A stretch of DNA of 30,644 nt. It comes from a virus. Its lineage: Duplodnaviria > Caudoviricetes. The notes below the pieces were generated by a model. The model worked only from the letters and a program-made list of their open reading frames with translations, was not told where the DNA came from and ran no database searches. The position numbers were made by a program, and so were the translations under genes. The DNA lies in the IMG/VR virus record IMGVR_UViG_3300020045_018668, positions 1-30,644 of that record. One strand, given 5' to 3'. Positions 27,122 to 30,644 of this stretch are shown piece by piece. Positions within the stretch are counted from its first letter, which is position 1. Every line of letters begins with the position of its first letter.

Positions 27122-27346
27122 ATGCTCACTGAAATCAAAGACCAAACGAAACGGAAAGCGGCCATTAAAATGTTGGAAACCGTCGTTGAAAAACATGCGG
27201 CCTCCATCCAACTCACGCGCCTGACCCTTACCCGCATGATTGATAACCAGGTCAACCGGCTGGCCGAACTGCGGCATCAAAAGATGCTGCTCAAGTGGAA
27301 CCTGGAACAAGCCGCCAAAGCCACCAACGTCCCAAAACCCGAATAA
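27122..27346 (+). CDS. Hypothetical coiled-coil protein
   Basis: 74 aa, AC-rich leader. Confidence 0.6.
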   Translation: MLTEIKDQTKRKAAIKMLETVVEKHAASIQLTRLTLTRMIDNQVNRLAELRHQKMLLKWNLEQAAKATNVPKPE

Positions 27347-27353
27347 TACAAAT

Positions 27354-27917
27354 ATGATCAGCCTAACCGACACGAACACCGGAACCACCCGTAGCTTTGA
27401 CCTGGGGGATATTGAAAAATTGGCCCTTAAATTCTCGGATCAGCACGCGGCCCTCTCGGCCATCGTGGCGGAATTGGAGGCGGCGAAACAAAAGCTGATG
27501 CGCCAGCACCTGCCGGCCTTGCGCGCGGCGGTGGCGCGGGCGGCCGCTGCCAAGCTCACGCTGCACACGGCCATCGCCGCGGCGCCGGGTTTGTTTGAAT
27601 CGCCCCGCACGCGCATTTTCAGCGGCATCAAGGTGGGTTTTCAAAAGGGCAAGGGCGGGATTGAATTTGAGGACGCGGATAAAGTCTGCGCCCTGATCCG
27701 CAAGACGTTTGGCGATGATGCCATAGCCTACCTCCGCACCACGGAAGCGCCGGATAAGAAGATGCTGGCGGACCTCCCGGTGAGCGAGTTGAAGAAGATC
27801 GGCTGCACGGTGGCGGACACCGGCGATGTGGTGGTGATCAAACCCACGGACAGCGAGATCGAGAAAACCGTGGCCGCGCTGCTCAAAGACGCGGTGGAAA
27901 GCGAGGTGCAATCGTGA
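27354..27917 (+). CDS. Gam-like host-nuclease inhibitor
   Basis: Coiled coil then LFESPRT....GIKVGFQKGKG...E.PDK..L.......LKKIG; start reassigned to ATG 27354. Confidence 0.7.
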   Translation: MISLTDTNTGTTRSFDLGDIEKLALKFSDQHAALSAIVAELEAAKQKLMRQHLPALRAAVARAAAAKLTLHTAIAAAPGLFESPRTRIFSGIKVGFQKGKGGIEFEDADKVCALIRKTFGDDAIAYLRTTEAPDKKMLADLPVSELKKIGCTVADTGDVVVIKPTDSEIEKTVAALLKDAVESEVQS

Positions 27918-27933
27918 GCACGGAATATCGTTA

Positions 27934-28060
27934 CTTTAACGACCAAGCTCACCGACGCGGCAACGAAACCAAACTATATGCACGACCCATACGAACGCCC
28001 CGAACCGATGGCGCAACCTGAACCGGCGAAAGCCGCGTTCAGTGCAGCGCAGTGTTCTGC
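27934..28060 (-). repeat. attC-like site 1
   Basis: + strand: CTTTAAC-6-GCTCACCGACGCGGC ... GCCGCGT(T)CAGTG(C)AGC-5-GTTCTGC. Confidence 0.85.
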
Positions 28061-28211
28061 GTCACCCACGGACGCGGAGATAACCGACCTCAAAATGAGG
28101 CTCAATCAAATCATCTGGGAATACGCGCCAGCCGAGACAACCATCGGAGACGCCGAGGGCTTGGCCTGCAAAATATTCAACAGCGTCAGGAAGGGTAAAT
28201 ACCTGATATGA
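27978..28211 (+). CDS. Cassette 1 hypothetical protein
   Basis: 77 aa; ATG lies inside the attC1 loop. Confidence 0.7.
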   Translation: MHDPYERPEPMAQPEPAKAAFSAAQCSASPTDAEITDLKMRLNQIIWEYAPAETTIGDAEGLACKIFNSVRKGKYLI

Positions 28212-28212
28212 C

Positions 28213-28320
28213 GCAGAACGCTCCCGATCAGCGACCTGCTGAATAATTTATGGCTACCAATTCAACTCAACGGCCCGATGCCGAGCGAACCGCAGGTTCG
28301 ATGCACCGGGATTGTTCTGC
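28213..28320 (-). repeat. attC-like site 2
   Basis: GCAGAAC-6-GATCAGCGACCTGC ... GCAGGT(T)CGATG(C)ACC-6-GTTCTGC. Confidence 0.8.
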
Positions 28321-28516
28321 GGCTCGTCCGATTGGAACGACAGGCAGAAAATACCGAAGTGTCAGGGCGCTAATCATCGGAGAGAAGCTCCCGAAGAAAG
28401 TGCTGCGTGAATTTGACAGGCTCGTGCGCCTCGACCGCAAGCGAGAGCGTGAACAGTCAAAGCCGCAGAACGCTCTGGCTGAGCCAAGCGGAAAAGAAAA
28501 GCATAAACAACCATGA
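28250..28516 (+). CDS. Cassette 2 hypothetical basic protein
   Basis: 88 aa; starts in the attC2 loop, stops in the attC3 loop overlapping the next ATG. Confidence 0.65.
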   Translation: MATNSTQRPDAERTAGSMHRDCSAARPIGTTGRKYRSVRALIIGEKLPKKVLREFDRLVRLDRKREREQSKPQNALAEPSGKEKHKQP

Positions 28517-28571
28517 ACATTACCGAAAAATCAGCCGCGCCAACCGCTTTGGCTCCAGCCAGTGGTTCGAC
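28465..28571 (-). repeat. attC-like site 3
   Basis: GCAGAAC-6-GCTGAGCCAAGCGG ... CCGCTT(T)GGCTC(C)AGC-5-GTTCGAC. Confidence 0.9.
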
Positions 28572-29034
28572 GACATGCAACGAATGCGGCGGAAATCACG
28601 AACCATCTGGTGCGCGAATCGCATGTATCAACCACTGGAAACGCCGCGCCATCATCGCGGAAAATGAACTGCTCGTAGCTAAATGCTTCGGGGATAAAAC
28701 TCTGGATTGGCTGGTGGATAACGTCCACAAAATCGAAGTGGACTGTGATGCTGCCTACTGTGATGAGCAGCAAAAACCGGCGCTATCCTTCCGCTCGCTA
28801 AAATTCCACGACTACCGGCCTTGGTGTGTGAAGGGTGAATCTCGCGGACGCCTGCGGGACGCACTGAGAAAAATAATGGCTCTACAAGAATCGCCCAACG
28901 AAATAACGGTGCTCAAATCGGCGCTGGAGCGCATTCGTAGCTTTCCAGTCCATAGCGAGCCGGTTGGGGGAGCGTATGCCATGCAAGACATAGCGCATGA
29001 AGCCTTGTCGTCGAACGACAAGCTGAGCGACTGA
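28513..29034 (+). CDS. Cassette 3 hypothetical protein with CxxC...H...C motif
   Basis: 173 aa; starts in the attC3 loop, ends in the left arm of attC4. Confidence 0.75.
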   Translation: MNITEKSAAPTALAPASGSTTCNECGGNHEPSGARIACINHWKRRAIIAENELLVAKCFGDKTLDWLVDNVHKIEVDCDAAYCDEQQKPALSFRSLKFHDYRPWCVKGESRGRLRDALRKIMALQESPNEITVLKSALERIRSFPVHSEPVGGAYAMQDIAHEALSSNDKLSD

Positions 29035-29114
29035 CATGAGCGCGCCGATGACATCCGAATCCACCCAAGACGCAGCCCGCGCTCATGGCAGTTCGCTCCA
29101 GCGCATGGTTGGGC
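29010..29114 (-). repeat. attC-like site 4
   Basis: GTCGAAC-5-GCTGAGCGACTGACATGAGCGCG ... CGCGCTCATGGCAGT(T)CGCTC(C)AGC-5-GTTGGGC. Confidence 0.9.
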
Positions 29115-29178
29115 ATCCGTCGCATTTTCAACGACTTACAAAGCCTCAAAAATAAATGCAAAAATCGTCTCAAAACGC

Positions 29179-29207
29179 TTGACACTCTCACGATAAGCGG
29201 TTATCGT
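29179..29207 (+). promoter_or_regulatory. Cassette 4 internal sigma70 promoter with operator palindrome
   Basis: TTGACA-17 bp-TATCGT; ACGATAA-N4-TTATCGT at 29190-29207; ATG at 29217. Confidence 0.7.
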
Positions 29208-29216
29208 ATCTGCCTG

Positions 29217-29582
29217 ATGAATAAATACCAAATCAAAGCCAACAAAGAGAAGCTCGCCCGAATCCAATCCGGCGAACTCACACGCATCGCTGACCGCGCC
29301 ATCGCCGCTGCCAAAGCGGTAATGGTCAAGGGCAGCCACACGATAGACGCATCCGATATGACGCAGAGCGCGAACCCGCTCGAACGCCAAATCGGCGAAC
29401 AAATGGACGGCTACACCGTCTCGGCCAAAATCAGCGCGAAGGTGGAACTGGACAGCGCCGCCCGCGAAATCTGCAAGATCGGCACGATTGATAAAGTAAT
29501 CGCGCCCGAAGCGATGGCCGAATGGAATCGCATCGAAGCCGTCGCGAACGAACTCGGCCTCAACGAAGAGGAGGTCGCATGA
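29217..29582 (+). CDS. Cassette 4 gene A, hypothetical (121 aa)
   Basis: Start reassigned to ATG 29217, just after the promoter. Confidence 0.7.
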   Translation: MNKYQIKANKEKLARIQSGELTRIADRAIAAAKAVMVKGSHTIDASDMTQSANPLERQIGEQMDGYTVSAKISAKVELDSAAREICKIGTIDKVIAPEAMAEWNRIEAVANELGLNEEEVA

Positions 29583-29806
29583 AGCTCTACCGAATCACGA
29601 TGGGTAAACGGGTCGCGGGCGGTAATCGTCATGACTGGTATTCCGGCCAGTTGGAGCACATGGCCTCGTATGGCGATGTGAACGAAGCCAAAGCCCATCT
29701 CAAGGATGGCAACCCGGACGGCTCGGATATTTGGCCGGAAGTCTATGACGAGGCGGGCAACCGAATGGTGCTTCAGGGCCGCAAACTCGTGAGGATGGGC
29801 GAATGA
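29579..29806 (+). CDS. Cassette 4 gene B, hypothetical (75 aa)
   Basis: GAGGAGG SD; ATGA overlap. Confidence 0.7.
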   Translation: MKLYRITMGKRVAGGNRHDWYSGQLEHMASYGDVNEAKAHLKDGNPDGSDIWPEVYDEAGNRMVLQGRKLVRMGE

Positions 29807-29973
29807 ATAAGGCCGCCCAAGCTCTCGGTCGGCTCGCCAAAGGCGTGCCGAAAAACTACTCGCCCGCTGAAATCGAGCGGCGCAAAGAAATGATGGAAGC
29901 CATCAACGCGAAAAAACGGCAGGTGTCGAAAGCGAAGAAACGCAGGATGCCCAACGATGGAGGTCAGCGATGA
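29803..29973 (+). CDS. Cassette 4 gene C, small basic putative DNA-binding protein (56 aa)
   Basis: MNKAAQALGRLAKGVPKNYSPAEIERR...; ATGA overlaps at both ends; below the ORF-track cutoff. Confidence 0.65.
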   Translation: MNKAAQALGRLAKGVPKNYSPAEIERRKEMMEAINAKKRQVSKAKKRRMPNDGGQR

Positions 29974-30079
29974 GCCGTCATGGGCATAAAGAGATGGAAC
30001 GGTGCAAGCGCATCGCAGCGAAAACGAGCGTCGAAGTCTTCAAGGCTAAGGCTCATTCGCTGCACCGACTTTGTTCTGC
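29949..30079 (-). repeat. attC-like site 5
   Basis: GCCCAAC-6-GGTCAGCGATGAGCC ... GGCTCAT(T)CGCTG(C)ACC-6-GTTCTGC. Confidence 0.88.
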
Positions 30080-30248
30080 TGCGTCGTTGCTCGCCGAACT
30101 CGCTTCCGAATTGGACAAGCGTGCTGAGGGCAAGACGGTAGCGCAGGACGAACTGCACACATACCGCGACATGCGCTTCAACGCGGAGATACTGCGGATG
30201 GCACAAAAGGTCATCGAACGTGAAACGCAGCAGAACGACCGGAGCTAA
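29970..30248 (+). CDS. Cassette 5 hypothetical protein
   Basis: 92 aa; ATG lies in the attC5 inner stem. Confidence 0.65.
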   Translation: MSRHGHKEMERCKRIAAKTSVEVFKAKAHSLHRLCSAASLLAELASELDKRAEGKTVAQDELHTYRDMRFNAEILRMAQKVIERETQQNDRS

Positions 30249-30337
30249 CACACGGCGCGATTAACCACGATGCTCAAAATCACAACCGAATAAACTGCCG
30301 ACGCGGGTCGCCGTTGTGTCCAGCGACCTTGTTAGGC
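30230..30337 (-). repeat. attC-like site 6
   Basis: GCAGAAC-7-GCTAACACACGGCG ... CGCCGT(T)GTGTC(C)AGC-6-GTTAGGC. Confidence 0.82.
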
Positions 30338-30354
30338 ATCAACCGAAAGCACAA

Positions 30355-30570
30355 ATGTTCACAGTCGAAATCAGAATCAACGGCGCAATGATAGCGCACA
30401 TCTACGGTCGCAACATCGCGCCCCTGCCAAACGGCAAGACGCGATACGAATACGAATACTACGAGGCGGAAACGCACAAGGTGCAAAACGGCTGCGTGGA
30501 ACATCTGCGAGAGGATGGGATAGTGCCGCTCGTGTCTTCGATACTGGATGACGTGTCGCATGATGCCTAA
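30355..30570 (+). CDS. Cassette 6 hypothetical protein (71 aa)
   Basis: MFTVEIRINGAMIAHIYGRN...; TAA stop lies within the GCCTAAC box; GTG 30316 is an alternative start. Confidence 0.7.
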   Translation: MFTVEIRINGAMIAHIYGRNIAPLPNGKTRYEYEYYEAETHKVQNGCVEHLREDGIVPLVSSILDDVSHDA

Positions 30571-30644
30571 CGCAATAGCTGAGGGACGGGCGGAGAGCGC
30601 CACGTCGCCGAAGCCAACCAACTCACCACTATGAAAAAACGCAC
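30565..30644 (-). repeat. attC-like site 7 (truncated by the window end)
   Basis: GCCTAAC-6-GCTGAGGGACGGGC; ATG at 30631 in the presumed loop. Confidence 0.7.

Larger units (their letters stand above)
174..30644. mobile_element. Mu-like transposable prophage (siphovirus-type tail, B3-like divergent layout); right end lies beyond the window
   Basis: DDE transposase plus MuB-like ATPase, Mu gp27/gp28/gp29/gpF/gpG/gpI/gp36-like genes in Mu order; left boundary uncertain (159-174). Confidence 0.92.
27934..30644 (-). mobile_element. Integron-like gene cassette array (at least 7 attC-like sites, no intI in the window)
   Basis: Cassettes by predicted crossover: 27940-28218, 28219-28470, 28471-29015, 29016-29954, 29955-30235, 30236-30570, 30571->; each complete cassette has perfect 11-12 bp end complementarity. 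Confidence 0.88.

Noticed and set aside
27934-30644. Regularly spaced palindromes as a CRISPR array or terminators
   Set aside because: Units differ in sequence, are separated by gene-sized segments, lack U-tracts and show attC-specific bulges; no cas genes

Overview
Nearly the whole window (~160/174 to beyond 30644) is a Mu-like transposable prophage with divergent, B3/BcepMu-type organisation. It appears to be inserted into a host RCC1-repeat gene; protein motifs and AC-rich, mostly SD-less leaders suggest a Verrucomicrobiota host (inference). The late genes run on the - strand: a lysis-position block (lipoprotein, small TM peptide, class 3 lipase, no recognisable endolysin), Mu gp25/26-like genes, terminase subunits, portal, gpF, gpG, protease/scaffold, a BPP-1-like capsid and cement protein, connectors and a non-contractile tail. 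A repressor/Ner-like switch lies at ~20.5-20.9 kb. The early genes run on the + strand (MuA-like transposase, MuB-like ATPase, GemA-like, Gam-like). Main discovery: from 27934 to the window end the early operon carries an array of at least 7 attC-like hairpins. They delimit at least 6 complete integron-type cassettes whose two ends are perfect 11-12 bp inverted complements. The attC sites are antisense to the genes, most genes start inside their own attC, and no integron integrase is present in the window. Second highlight: the capsid cement protein and a fibre-like protein carry Sec signal peptides and are strongly Thr-Asn enriched. Family assignments come from remembered motifs and synteny, not from database searches.
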